From: a virus
Lineage: Duplodnaviria > Caudoviricetes
Length of the DNA: 64,000 nucleotides
Virus record (IMG/VR): IMGVR_UViG_3300026766_000001
Location: 24,336 to 88,335 of that record
Strand: one strand, 5' to 3'
A model generated the notes under the pieces. The model worked only from the letters and a program-made list of their open reading frames with translations. It was not told where the DNA came from and ran no database searches. This document shows positions 46,519 to 55,807 of this stretch, piece by piece; positions within the stretch are counted from its first letter, which is position 1, and every line of letters begins with the position of its first letter. The position numbers were made by a program, and so were the translations under genes.

Positions 46519-46547
46519 ACTTTACCGCATTCCGAACTGCGACGCAA
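46519..46547 (-). promoter_or_regulatory. Leaderless promoter of the PAPS-like operon
   Basis: TTGCGT-17-TAAAGT, ATG 7 nt later, no SD. Confidence 0.6.
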
Positions 46548-46604
46548 TCCCCCGCCCCGCCGACAAAAGCCCAATACAAGACAAACATTTCCGCTATTTA
46601 CCCC

Positions 46605-46633
46605 TTGACTATCCCGTGACCGTCCCGTATACT
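46605..46633 (+). promoter_or_regulatory. Sigma70 promoter of the rightward accessory operon
   Basis: TTGACT-17-TATACT. Confidence 0.75.
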
Positions 46634-46704
46634 TCCATCGTACCGAGAACACAATGCCTACGAAAGAAGACGCGACTACCGATACACGACAAGAAAGTCC
46701 CGCA

Positions 46705-47133
46705 ATGAAAGCTACGTCTACCGCCCGCAAGCGCGCCCATACCGCCCACCAGCCGGTGGGTTGCTGGTGCCGTCCTGCGAAGCGCCTGGCCATCTACCTA
46801 CGCGACGGCCTGGCCTGCTGCTGGTGCGGGGCGACCGTCGAGGATGGCGCCACGTTCTCCCTCGACCACGTTCGCCCCGTCTCCAAGGGGGGCGACAACG
46901 ACCCCTCGAACCTGCTGACAGCCTGCAAGCGCTGCAACGACAGCCGAGGAAGCCGTTCCCTCGCCGCCTTCGCGCGCGCCGTCGCCGCGTACCTCGACCA
47001 TGGCGCTACCGCCCGTGAAATCCTCGCCCATGTCCACGCCTGCCTGCGCCGCCCCCTGCCCGCCGCTGAAGCAAAAGCCCTAATCGCGCGCCGCGGCTCC
47101 GTCGCGGCTGCTCTACAATCCGGAGGCCGCTGA
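46705..47133 (+). CDS. HNH endonuclease (McrA-like zinc-binding type; start may be 46654)
   Basis: IYLRDG..CCWCG...LDHVRPVSKGGDN..SNLLTACKRCN..RG. Confidence 0.88.
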   Translation: MKATSTARKRAHTAHQPVGCWCRPAKRLAIYLRDGLACCWCGATVEDGATFSLDHVRPVSKGGDNDPSNLLTACKRCNDSRGSRSLAAFARAVAAYLDHGATAREILAHVHACLRRPLPAAEAKALIARRGSVAAALQSGGR

Positions 47134-47136
47134 GTC

Positions 47137-47424
47137 ATGAAACGCTCGACCGTCGCAGACCTTCAGTCCACTTGCTCCGCCGACAGCGCCACCCGCCTAG
47201 CCCTCTTGGTGGACGTCTACGAGTACGCGATCGACAGCTCGGAAACGCTTGAGGGATCGGACAAGGTCGGGCCGGACCTGGCCTACCTGTTGGCGGCCAT
47301 CGCCAAGGGAACCGACTGTGAATGGCCTGCCAGCCGGGGAATCGTGCGGCTGCTTCGAGCCTGGGCGAGGTGGGACGAAGTTTCGCGTTACATTACGATC
47401 GCGGACAACGAGGAGGCTTCGTGA
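47137..47424 (+). CDS. Hypothetical protein
   Basis: 95 aa, in operon. Confidence 0.55.
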   Translation: MKRSTVADLQSTCSADSATRLALLVDVYEYAIDSSETLEGSDKVGPDLAYLLAAIAKGTDCEWPASRGIVRLLRAWARWDEVSRYITIADNEEAS

Positions 47425-47684
47425 TCACGCGTTTGGCTTTGCTGCCCCTGACGCCAGTGGCGTCTTCGGTCATCCGAAGCATCGGCTACGTTCGTCTCGC
47501 GCCCGAGTTCCGCGCCCAGGCGCCCGGCTACGGCTGGACCATCGTTCGCCTCCACTCCGGCGGCACCTGGGCCTACCTCACGCCACGTCTCGTCTATCAC
47601 AAAATCCGCTTCGCCAAGTCCAAGGGCTGTGCGTACAACGCCCACTTGCGCGGGAAGTTTCCCGCGCTTCGTGTTGACGTTTGA
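47421..47684 (+). CDS. KTSC-domain protein
   Basis: VASSVIRSIGY...V..HSG..WAY...VY.....SKG..YN..LR.KF. Confidence 0.7.
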   Translation: MITRLALLPLTPVASSVIRSIGYVRLAPEFRAQAPGYGWTIVRLHSGGTWAYLTPRLVYHKIRFAKSKGCAYNAHLRGKFPALRVDV

Positions 47685-47703
47685 ACGGGGAGGAGAACCA
47701 CCA

Positions 47704-48546
47704 ATGCGTAGCTACAAGTACGACCGCTTTTTCGGCACCGTAACCGGGCCGAAGGGCGGCTCCGTCACCAAGTCCGGCATGAAAAGCGTCCACTACGATT
47801 TGCGGTGGAGCGACAACTCCGTGCCGAGCCTGCAGGTAGACGCCACGCTGGTTGACGGAAGCCCGCGAGTTGTCATCCGCGCTACGGGCGGAATCGGTGA
47901 AGCGCCAGCCGAGCAGCGCGTCCTCCTGGACGTTCCGCTCGCGGACCTCTTGAGCGTGTCCCCCGCCGAGGGGAGTTGCAACTGTAAGGGCCGCGCCACC
48001 GCCCTCCGTCTGGCGCTGCGTGCCGCTCTTCAGGCGGACGATGATCGACTGAACGGAAAGGATGATTGGGCCCCGTATCCCGAATCCTCGCCGACGACTC
48101 GGGCGGTCACCCGTGGAGAGCCGATGGCCGCTCGTGCACTAGAGCCCCCCGAGAACTTCCGCGCGGCCGTCGCGGAATGGCTCCAGGCTGCCATTGATGC
48201 TGGCGCTGAGATTAACGCTCTTCTCGGGGAGCGCCACCTCGGTCACCTCGCGGCACGCGCTTTCACGGATGCTCCAGAGATCCGTGGCAATGTCGCTCGA
48301 TTCCCTTGCGCGTGCCTGGCCAAGACGATGCCGGACGAAGCTTACGAGCGCAAGGCGGCCGAGCTGCACGCGGCGGTAGGCGCCCGGTACGTCATCACCT
48401 CGCAGGATCTCGACAGTTGCGTTGCGTGGATCTCGGATCGGAGCAACGCGGGGGTGGAGGTCGAGGCGTTCCGCGCCTGCCGGAGGGCGATCGATCTGGC
48501 CGTGGACACCGCGCACCACGAAGCGGAGCGGCAGGCCAAGCACTGA
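47704..48546 (+). CDS. Hypothetical, possibly multi-module protein
   Basis: SD GAGGAG before ATG 47704. Confidence 0.55.
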   Translation: MRSYKYDRFFGTVTGPKGGSVTKSGMKSVHYDLRWSDNSVPSLQVDATLVDGSPRVVIRATGGIGEAPAEQRVLLDVPLADLLSVSPAEGSCNCKGRATALRLALRAALQADDDRLNGKDDWAPYPESSPTTRAVTRGEPMAARALEPPENFRAAVAEWLQAAIDAGAEINALLGERHLGHLAARAFTDAPEIRGNVARFPCACLAKTMPDEAYERKAAELHAAVGARYVITSQDLDSCVAWISDRSNAGVEVEAFRACRRAIDLAVDTAHHEAERQAKH

Positions 48547-48620
48547 GAACCGGTGACGGCAGGGCTCCGGCCCTGTAAACCACATGCGCCGTCCGAAGTC
48601 GGCGCGTAAAAGGAGTCACC

Positions 48621-49109
48621 ATGTCGAACTGGCAAATCGTGGAAGGCGGATTGATCCGGCTGAACGTGCTGGCGGGCGAGGGATGCTCCCGCGAGACGGG
48701 GACGCAGTATTGCACGGCGGAGAAAGGGATGCTATACGACGTAGACGGCGCGCCCATGGAGGAAATCGGCAGCGAGCTTCTCCTCGGTTGGGGGCGGCTC
48801 GACGGCCCCGCCGTCAACGTGAGACCTGCGGACTGTGCGTGGTACGTCTCGGTACCGCTTTCTGCTTGGGAGGCCGCGATCCGAGTTGCAATCAAGGGCA
48901 CGATCCTCGGCCACGCTTTTGAGGCTCTACGGTCTGCCAGCCTGCACTACAGGACGGCGACCAGCGAATGGACTTCCCGGGACGGGCGCGTCACGCTCCG
49001 CGGCCTCCCCGCCGTCGCGCTCCGAGATTTGATGGCCGCCTCCAAGGCGCGGACGGCGAGCCTCAAGTCCGCCACCAACGCGCTTAGGCAAAGAGACTAT
49101 CGCACCTGA
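48621..49109 (+). CDS. Hypothetical protein
   Basis: SD AAGGAG. Confidence 0.6.
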   Translation: MSNWQIVEGGLIRLNVLAGEGCSRETGTQYCTAEKGMLYDVDGAPMEEIGSELLLGWGRLDGPAVNVRPADCAWYVSVPLSAWEAAIRVAIKGTILGHAFEALRSASLHYRTATSEWTSRDGRVTLRGLPAVALRDLMAASKARTASLKSATNALRQRDYRT

Positions 49110-49187
49110 GCCTTGACGCTAGGGCGGGAGCCATCCCGCCTCTGCGCCAGCGCTCAAGCTGGGAGCAAACAGATTGGAGAAACTGCC

Positions 49188-50120
49188 ATGAGCAAGTCCC
49201 AGAAGGATCAAGAAGCCACGGAAGCCGCTGCCACCCTTCGCGAGATCTTGAAGCCGGGTGACACCGTGAAGGCCATGAGTGACCTAGACGACTCCGAGGA
49301 TGAGCAGCCCGACTTTCCAGGCCCTGATGATGACCTCAAGGTCGCTCGCGCTCCCAGCGAGCCCGACTTCTCCGGCCCCGCCGACGCCGCCAGAGTGGAC
49401 GCGCTAGCGATCTGTCCCTTCCCCGCCGCTCCCGCGCAGGCGGCGGAGACCTTGCGGAAACGGAACATCCCGCGAGCCTTGAGGGAGCCGCTTACGCGCT
49501 GGCCGCCGGGCGAGGATGCGAGGATGGCCATCATCGATCGAACCATCCTCGTAGAGGCGGCGGGGGAAGTGGATTCCCTGCGCGCCGCCAACGCCCGCCT
49601 GACCGAAGAAGTCAACCTCCTGCGCGGAAAGGACGACCCGCGCGGCGCCCCTCAGCCGGACACCGCTGGCCCGATCGTCATTGAGAAGCACCGCCACCGG
49701 GAGGCCGGCGAAGAGGAAATCTCGTTCTATGCATGCGGGCCAGTCCGCTGTTCGCTGTCGGAGGCGAAGACAGACGCCGGAGTCTTTGGCCGTGCGCCGG
49801 GACTCTTGGCGGAGAACAACCTCCTCCGCGGCAAGCTTCTCGTCGTCGATCTCAAAGCGAAGACGGAAGAAGCGGCGCGACAGCGGGTCGAGCGAGAGGC
49901 CGCTGAAGCCCTGGAGGTCGCCAGCGAGGAGTCTGCCGTCCAGCGGGCTCTGGTCGCTGAGGCAGAGCGCCAGCGGGATTTGCTCGCGGACGCACTGGTC
50001 GAAGCTGTCCCACTCATTCGACATGCCGTCTGGGGCCGGACTCCCTACCGGGATGTCGCGGCGGGAGGAGCTGTCTCGATGAGGGTTGACGCCGCCCTGC
50101 GCGCTGTCGGGCGGCTGTAA
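49188..50120 (+). CDS. Hypothetical protein with coiled-coil C-terminus
   Basis: SD GGAGA before ATG 49188. Confidence 0.55.
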   Translation: MSKSQKDQEATEAAATLREILKPGDTVKAMSDLDDSEDEQPDFPGPDDDLKVARAPSEPDFSGPADAARVDALAICPFPAAPAQAAETLRKRNIPRALREPLTRWPPGEDARMAIIDRTILVEAAGEVDSLRAANARLTEEVNLLRGKDDPRGAPQPDTAGPIVIEKHRHREAGEEEISFYACGPVRCSLSEAKTDAGVFGRAPGLLAENNLLRGKLLVVDLKAKTEEAARQRVEREAAEALEVASEESAVQRALVAEAERQRDLLADALVEAVPLIRHAVWGRTPYRDVAAGGAVSMRVDAALRAVGRL

Positions 50121-50132
50121 AGGAGAAGATCT

Positions 50133-50681
50133 ATGAGCATCGACCTCAAGGAAACCCTACGGGACGAGCGGTTGCTGCGCGGCCTCGCCGTCCTCGACCT
50201 CCTCGCCCTCCTCGCCCTCTCCCTCCTGCTGCCCCTCGCGTCCCAGGCCGCCCCGCCCGTGTCGGCACCCCTGGTGCCCATCATTGTCCGCCAGCAGCAG
50301 TTGCGCGAAGCATCGGCGAGAGCCGCCAATCACCGCGAACCCGCTCCGCAGAAAGAAGAGTCCCGCATCTTCCATCCGTTGGCCGTGGACCGCTTGGCCG
50401 TCTCTGTGCCAGGCGCCGCGGTGCCAACGCACGCCGAGGTCTCCGGGCGCGTAGAGTATCGCCGCTATGAGGAGGACGGCGACGTCCACCTCAAGGTCTG
50501 CGGGCCGGCCGGCGGCTGCGTCATCGTCGAGTGCATCCCGGAGCTGCCAGCGGTTGCGGCGCAGTGCCGGCGCTTCAGGAAGGGCTCTCGGGTCACCGTC
50601 CGCGGGATCACCCGGTGCGACGGCAAGCACCGTTGGTGGGAAATTCATCCCGCACTCGCTGTCGCGGGAGCGCCGCAATGA
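50133..50681 (+). CDS. Membrane-anchored/secreted OB-fold-like protein
   Basis: Hydrophobic leader ending SQA; EEDGDVHL...IVECIP...VTVRG...D.KH.WWEIHP. Confidence 0.6.
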   Translation: MSIDLKETLRDERLLRGLAVLDLLALLALSLLLPLASQAAPPVSAPLVPIIVRQQQLREASARAANHREPAPQKEESRIFHPLAVDRLAVSVPGAAVPTHAEVSGRVEYRRYEEDGDVHLKVCGPAGGCVIVECIPELPAVAAQCRRFRKGSRVTVRGITRCDGKHRWWEIHPALAVAGAPQ

Positions 50682-50971
50682 GGTCGGCGGAATGGTTCCT
50701 CAGCGAGCCCGAACCGCCTGCCGTATTCGAGCCCATCCCTGGCGGCTACCGCATCGTGGCCGAGTTCGACCGCTTGGAGGACGGCCGACTGTGTTCCGCC
50801 GCGCGAGAGATGGCGGACGCGCTGGAGAAATTGCGGATGGCCGTATGGTCGGACTGCCGACTGCCCGGCGAGATGCGCAAGGATTTGGAGGCTCTTTACC
50901 GCAACGAGGTTCTTCCAGCGCTGCGGAAGGCCGGCCGACTGGAAGGGGGCCTCTGTGTCTCAGAAGGGTAA
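50678..50971 (+). CDS. Hypothetical protein
   Basis: ATGA coupling. Confidence 0.5.
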   Translation: MRSAEWFLSEPEPPAVFEPIPGGYRIVAEFDRLEDGRLCSAAREMADALEKLRMAVWSDCRLPGEMRKDLEALYRNEVLPALRKAGRLEGGLCVSEG

Positions 50972-51137
50972 GCGCTTCGAGATGCAACTCTCGCCCACCT
51001 TCCGCGCCTGGTGCGAGCTGGCCGCAGCCGGCGGTTCGCTGGCCTCGTTTTTTAAGCAGCTCGCCGCCCGCGACATCGCTAGGCGGCAACAGGAGAAGGG
51101 ATTACCGGCCGGAAGCATTGAGCTTCCGCCGCCCTAA
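50955..51137 (+). CDS. Small RHH-like protein
   Basis: KRFEMQLS...SLASFFKQLAARD. Confidence 0.45.
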   Translation: MSQKGKRFEMQLSPTFRAWCELAAAGGSLASFFKQLAARDIARRQQEKGLPAGSIELPPP

Positions 51138-51212
51138 CGTTTGCTTTTGCGTTTCGTTGCCTGTAATATTTTACCCGACGGCGATAGGGCCGGAGACGGC
51201 AAGGAGAAGGCG

Positions 51213-51404
51213 ATGACGAGGCTCAGCCCTGCCCAACAAAGAATGGCGGACCGGCTCGCCAAACTGCCTCCCGGCGACACGCTCGCGCCTCCCTCTGGCC
51301 TTTCAGCGTCCGCGTGGTGGCGCACGGCTCGCGTGCTAGTGCGCCTTGGGCTGGCTACCACCAACAACTACGTGGTTAGGCCAGCCACGCAGCCGTCCGC
51401 CTGA
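51213..51404 (+). CDS. Small hypothetical protein
   Basis: Leader AAGGAGAAGGCG-ATG. Confidence 0.55.
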   Translation: MTRLSPAQQRMADRLAKLPPGDTLAPPSGLSASAWWRTARVLVRLGLATTNNYVVRPATQPSA

Positions 51405-51419
51405 CCCAAGGAGAAGACG

Positions 51420-51668
51420 ATGAGCGCAGCCAAAGAGACCGCCCGCAAGTCCTGTTACGACCAGATCAGCTATCGCGACCGCGAAGGCCAACGCCGCGAG
51501 GAGCGCGTGACGGATGCGAGCGTGAAGGCCGCGATGCTGGCGGTCGGTACGCAGGGCCATTTCACCGTCTACTGTGTGAGGACGGCAACCCCGCTCCTCG
51601 TCCGCTGGCCCCTCGCTGTTGCTTACCTCGCCAACCTGAAGCGCGGCATGTACGCCCACGGGTTTTGA
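51420..51668 (+). CDS. Small hypothetical protein
   Basis: Leader AAGGAGAAGACG-ATG. Confidence 0.6.
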   Translation: MSAAKETARKSCYDQISYRDREGQRREERVTDASVKAAMLAVGTQGHFTVYCVRTATPLLVRWPLAVAYLANLKRGMYAHGF

Positions 51669-51738
51669 GCGTTCACGGCAGCCCTGGAACCTCCAGGGTC
51701 ACCGCGAGCCGCTCGGGCTCGAATGAGAGGAGAGGACG

Positions 51739-51936
51739 ATGACGACCAAGACGGCACCACCACTAGGCCACTTCCGGCGCGTGAAATGCCGGGCGTGCGG
51801 GATTGGCATGGGCGGCACCCGCCGCGACGATGTTCCGGATTCAGCCTGGGTTTGCCCCAAATGCGAGGAGGCCGAGCGCCAAGCCGCGCAGTTCGCCCGC
51901 ATCCGCGAGCGGCTGGTGAAGAGCGGGCTCTATTGA
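51739..51936 (+). CDS. Small zinc-finger protein
   Basis: CRACG...WVCPKC; leader GAGGAGAGGACG-ATG. Confidence 0.6.
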   Translation: MTTKTAPPLGHFRRVKCRACGIGMGGTRRDDVPDSAWVCPKCEEAERQAAQFARIRERLVKSGLY

Positions 51937-52491
51937 GGAGAGGACGATGACCTGTTGCAACTGTGGCCGAAACCAAAAACCGGACGAGTTTCTTCTGAAC
52001 GCTGCCGCCGTCAAGCCGGCGGGCAGAGCGGCACCGTTATCCGTTTGCGGCTTGCGGTGACTGCTATACAACACTTACGGGAACGACACCCAAAACGTTA
52101 TTTGATCTAAACCGCGAAAGAGCGCTGAAATACGGTACTTCGTGAGCCGCGCTCCTCCGCAAGAAGCTGACTTTCGGCGTCATGACTTACCGCCGTACCG
52201 AAGTAGAAAAAGGGGTGCCGAGTGCCTGACCGCACACTTCTCTCCCGCGACCTCGACCGCTTGGCCGCTGGCGCTGCTGGACCCGACCCGCTCGTGCCCG
52301 TCCCCGCCGAAGGCGAGCGGTGTCATCGCTGCCACCGCCGTCGATCACCCGAGCGCTGCGCCCTATGTGCTCCACCCGGAGCCTCCTACCGTAGGGCTCC
52401 GCCATGCAGCCGGCGGCTAACCTCGAGTGATCTTGGCCGGGATCGCCGCTCCGGATCGCCCGGTTTATGAACGGTTCGTGACTGAGGCGAT

Positions 52492-54576
52492 TTAATCCCA
52501 CCATGCACCTCCGCTCGGTGGGCTTTCGTCATTTTGTAGGCTGAGCAGCACGTCGTCGCCTTGATCTGTGCGGACGCAGCCCAGCCGCAGGCTGGCGGTG
52601 GTAACCGCGCCGTAGGTGAAGCCGTGCCCTCGCCCCGCTCTCCTCGCCGCCGCCAGAGTGATCGCGCCCTGCCTCAGCCTGGTCTTCAGCCACTCGGTAG
52701 CCGCCTCCGCCATGACTCGCTCCGACGCGCTCATCTGGACATCCGCCTGGAGCGCGGCTAGCGTCCACCTTGCCTCCACCCCGACGTAGGCCATCCTGGT
52801 GGTGGTGATTGGTTCGCCGGCGAGATCGCTCCCAACCTCCGCGCCTTCGATGCGAAGCGTGATCGTTTCGTGCAACGCGCTGTAGTTGGACTTGCGGTGC
52901 GCTAGGCACCGGTGGTTCTTGTGGGCCGGATGCCGGTAAACATACGCCGCGGACCGCGACGCCGAGACCCAGGCCTCGTTCCCTGAAGTTTCGATCGAGC
53001 CTTTATTGAAGTGGTGGACCACAAGAAAGGTGCATCCTGTCTCATTTCCCAGGAAGTGGATCCGCGCCAACAGGTTGGTGACGGACACCTTGTCGTTTGG
53101 GTTCCCTCGTCCCATCATATTGGCGATCGGGTCCGCAATGACTAAAGAGGCTCGGTGCTCGTTGATCTCCGCTCGCAGCCGGACCTGATCCGCCCGCGAC
53201 GTAAAATCGAAACCTTCGCCGGCCGCGAATCCTGAATAGAAAAAAACCTCCCCCATGTTGGCGCCAGCTGCTAAGAGTCGCGGTTTAATGACCTCCGCCA
53301 CAGCCTCCTCTGGGCTCAGGATCAACACCCGCCCCGGAAGCACCTTCTCTCCCATGAGCGTCTGGCCTGTTGAGATGCTCGCTGCCAAGAGGGCCATCAG
53401 CGTGCCCTTGCCAATGCCTCCCTCGCCGGCGAGGAGGGACGGCGCTCCACGGGGAAACCACCCCGGCAGGAACCACTGGACACCGCGTTCCTGCACGGTG
53501 TCAAAACTCGCAAACTTGCTCTGAAACTTCCGGATCGGCAGTACCTGCGCCACGCCGCCGACGGCCAACTCATCGTCGGCGGGCCCGGTCCCTGGCTCGC
53601 GCTCGGTCGTCTTGGTCGCCGTCTGTGCCGACGCCGATGTCCGGAAGGCCAACGGAGCGCCTGCCGTCGTCATCTTCGGTAGGGCCGCTACCAGCTCGAG
53701 CAGCCGACCTCGAGCTTCCCCGCCCTCGCGTTTCAACCACTCGACGGCGTCATCGCCCCTCTCTAGGCCGTCGGGCGTGAAGAGCGCGACGTCCGAGGCC
53801 CCCGCCACGATCAGTTGGGCACCGATTCGCTCCATGTGCCGGCGCGCCTCCAGGTCTTCCGCGTCCGGCCACAATACGATCCGGCCAGGGTAGATGGCTA
53901 GGGGGTCCGTCGCCTTCCTGGAAGGTGAGCTCGTCGCCCCCGTCACGGTCCCCATGGCCCTGCAGGCGGCCCCTGAGAGCGCGTCTGCTGCCTTCTCGCC
54001 CTCTACAACGAAGATGGGCTCGCTCGGGTCGTCGATCCAGCCCAGCAGCGCCTGGGTGCCGTAAAGCGGTACGTCCGCGCTCCGCATCCCATCCAAAGAC
54101 CAGAACTTCTTCGGGTCCGTCGCTCCCGACCGGCTCCACGAGAATTGCTTCTTCGGCTTCTTTTGCCCCTCCTCGAGCGGCATGTCGAACCGGACGTGGT
54201 AGGCCACCAGGTCTCCTGAAGTGTCTCGGATCTCCCAGACCGCGGCCGGCCGGCCGTGCTTGCCGTGCGTGAACCTGGCCAGTGGATCCTCGGAGAGACC
54301 GAGCGCGTCCGCCAGGGCCTGGATCGCGTCGAAGAACGTTCCGCCATTTTTCGCCTGCCAGAGAGAGATCCCGTCTCCGCCCTTCCTCGCGCAGCTCGCC
54401 GAGAAGCACTTCCATCCCCCGTCCCCTGGGTAGGCCTTGAAGCTCGGTTCGTGGTCCTCGTGGAGCGGGCAAAGACCCATCCCGTCGCCCTTGAGCTGCG
54501 CCCCGATGAGCTCCGCCACCCGCTGTGAGGTGGCCTGCTCGCGCACCCGCTGAATTAGGTCGCTCGAGGGTCTCAA
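52492..54576 (-). CDS. DNA primase-helicase (CHC2 zinc finger, TOPRIM, RepA/AAA_25 helicase)
   Basis: CPLHED..PSF...WKCFS..C...GD.I; FVVEGEKAADAL; LWPD.D; AGEGGIGKG; LVIADPI; LVVHHFNK. Confidence 0.92.
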   Translation of the reverse strand: MRPSSDLIQRVREQATSQRVAELIGAQLKGDGMGLCPLHEDHEPSFKAYPGDGGWKCFSASCARKGGDGISLWQAKNGGTFFDAIQALADALGLSEDPLARFTHGKHGRPAAVWEIRDTSGDLVAYHVRFDMPLEEGQKKPKKQFSWSRSGATDPKKFWSLDGMRSADVPLYGTQALLGWIDDPSEPIFVVEGEKAADALSGAACRAMGTVTGATSSPSRKATDPLAIYPGRIVLWPDAEDLEARRHMERIGAQLIVAGASDVALFTPDGLERGDDAVEWLKREGGEARGRLLELVAALPKMTTAGAPLAFRTSASAQTATKTTEREPGTGPADDELAVGGVAQVLPIRKFQSKFASFDTVQERGVQWFLPGWFPRGAPSLLAGEGGIGKGTLMALLAASISTGQTLMGEKVLPGRVLILSPEEAVAEVIKPRLLAAGANMGEVFFYSGFAAGEGFDFTSRADQVRLRAEINEHRASLVIADPIANMMGRGNPNDKVSVTNLLARIHFLGNETGCTFLVVHHFNKGSIETSGNEAWVSASRSAAYVYRHPAHKNHRCLAHRKSNYSALHETITLRIEGAEVGSDLAGEPITTTRMAYVGVEARWTLAALQADVQMSASERVMAEAATEWLKTRLRQGAITLAAARRAGRGHGFTYGAVTTASLRLGCVRTDQGDDVLLSLQNDESPPSGGAWWD

Positions 54577-55547
54577 TAGCGGATCTCCCTCTCACCGATC
54601 GCCGCCTTGTCGGCCTCCAGCGAGAGCAGGGTGGCAGGGTCGAGGTTTTCACGATCCCACTTCTGCCGGGTGGCGTAGATTCGCTCCACCTGCAGCCCGG
54701 ATTTGAGCAAAACCTCCCAGGTGTGAGCTCCGACTTGCGCCCGGTCCGGCCAGTTCACGATCGCGTCGATCTTCCAGCCCGTCACCACCTCCCGGAGCAC
54801 CCATTCGCGGTGCTTGGCGAGGTCCGCCGGCGAGAGCGACGGGTCGTTTATCTCGTTCCACCGGGCCCAGAAAATCGACTCGCGATTCTGCGACGGCGAC
54901 GGCCGCGGCTCGTTGCACTCGACGAGAAAATCGCAGAACGCCGTCCAGGTCCTGCCGAACGGCGTGTCTGCCTTGAACACCCAGGGCGCCGGGGGCTCGC
55001 CGGGGGGTTTTCGGGGCTTCTTCGGCTTGGGGGGCTGCCCCGCGCCGAGATCGAAGAGCGTGCCGGAAGGCTGGGCTGCGGCTGAGCCTGGTGGTGCAAC
55101 GGGTGCGGGTGGTGCGGGATCGATTAGGGCTGGCTCGTCTGTGGTCTCGGATGCGGCGTCCAGTGTTGGTCGCATCGTCGACGTAGTCGACGATTCTTTA
55201 TCTTGGGTGGGGGGGGTGGGGGGAGAAGAAACAGAAGAAAGACTAAGAGATTCTTCTACGCGGGTGCGCGCGAGGGTTTCTGGCGCTTGGCCAACACTTG
55301 GCCAGCCAATGGCGGCGGCGCAGTCTGAGGCGCCAAACACGTGGCTGGCCAATGGCTGGCCGGTGGCTCCCCGAACGGAAGCACGTGGCTGGCCAATGGC
55401 TGGCCGGTGGACGACAGATTCCCCGACGCTCTGAAGGAGATACACGGCGTGTCGCAAGAGTTCCCCCCGAGAAATCCCGCGACGGGCAGATTCTTCATTG
55501 AGCCAGGCGATCATGGGTTCCGGGGATTCGAACGTGATCGGCTTCAT
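54573..55547 (-). CDS. Replication initiator-like protein (lambda O-type architecture)
   Basis: RHH-like N-terminus, internal repeats, Ser/Pro linker, C-terminal domain; immediately upstream of the primase-helicase. Confidence 0.55.
   Translation of the reverse strand: MKPITFESPEPMIAWLNEESARRGISRGELLRHAVYLLQSVGESVVHRPAIGQPRASVRGATGQPLASHVFGASDCAAAIGWPSVGQAPETLARTRVEESLSLSSVSSPPTPPTQDKESSTTSTMRPTLDAASETTDEPALIDPAPPAPVAPPGSAAAQPSGTLFDLGAGQPPKPKKPRKPPGEPPAPWVFKADTPFGRTWTAFCDFLVECNEPRPSPSQNRESIFWARWNEINDPSLSPADLAKHREWVLREVVTGWKIDAIVNWPDRAQVGAHTWEVLLKSGLQVERIYATRQKWDRENLDPATLLSLEADKAAIGEREIRY
55300..55410. repeat. Iteron-like array (putative origin)
   Basis: TGGCTGGCC at 55342, 55353, 55386, 55397 plus an inverted copy at 55300; 29-nt exact direct repeat 55338-55366 / 55382-55410. 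Confidence 0.65.
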
Positions 55548-55807
55548 GTCTCATCTCCAAAAAGTTGGATCTGCCGCGGGTCGGCCGGCGGCGCTGGTGG
55601 CTTCCGGCGCTCGGCCGGCGTCTGTTGCCCTTGCTGCCTGGCGATCTCGCTGAGCCAGATCTTGTAGGGGTGGTATTTACGGACCCCGAAGGGGTAGGCG
55701 GCCTTGAGCTCGGACCTAGTGCGTTTTTCGTCCCATCCTTGGACTCTGGCCTCTGCCAGGACGGCGGCGATCAGGGGCGCCGCCTCTCTGCGCCAGCGCG
55801 ATGTCAT
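55544..55807 (-). CDS. Conserved-looking phage hypothetical protein
   Basis: AYPFGVRKYHPYKIWLSE. Confidence 0.65.
   Translation of the reverse strand: MTSRWRREAAPLIAAVLAEARVQGWDEKRTRSELKAAYPFGVRKYHPYKIWLSEIARQQGQQTPAERRKPPAPPADPRQIQLFGDET

Noticed and set aside
45372-46793. Single 473-aa ORF from the track
   Set aside because: It is a composite of the enzyme N-half, an out-of-frame stretch and the separately initiated acidic protein.
51980-52490. att site or genome terminus in the AT-richer convergence zone
   Set aside because: No integrase, host genes or terminal repeat are visible; short inverted repeats there are insufficient.
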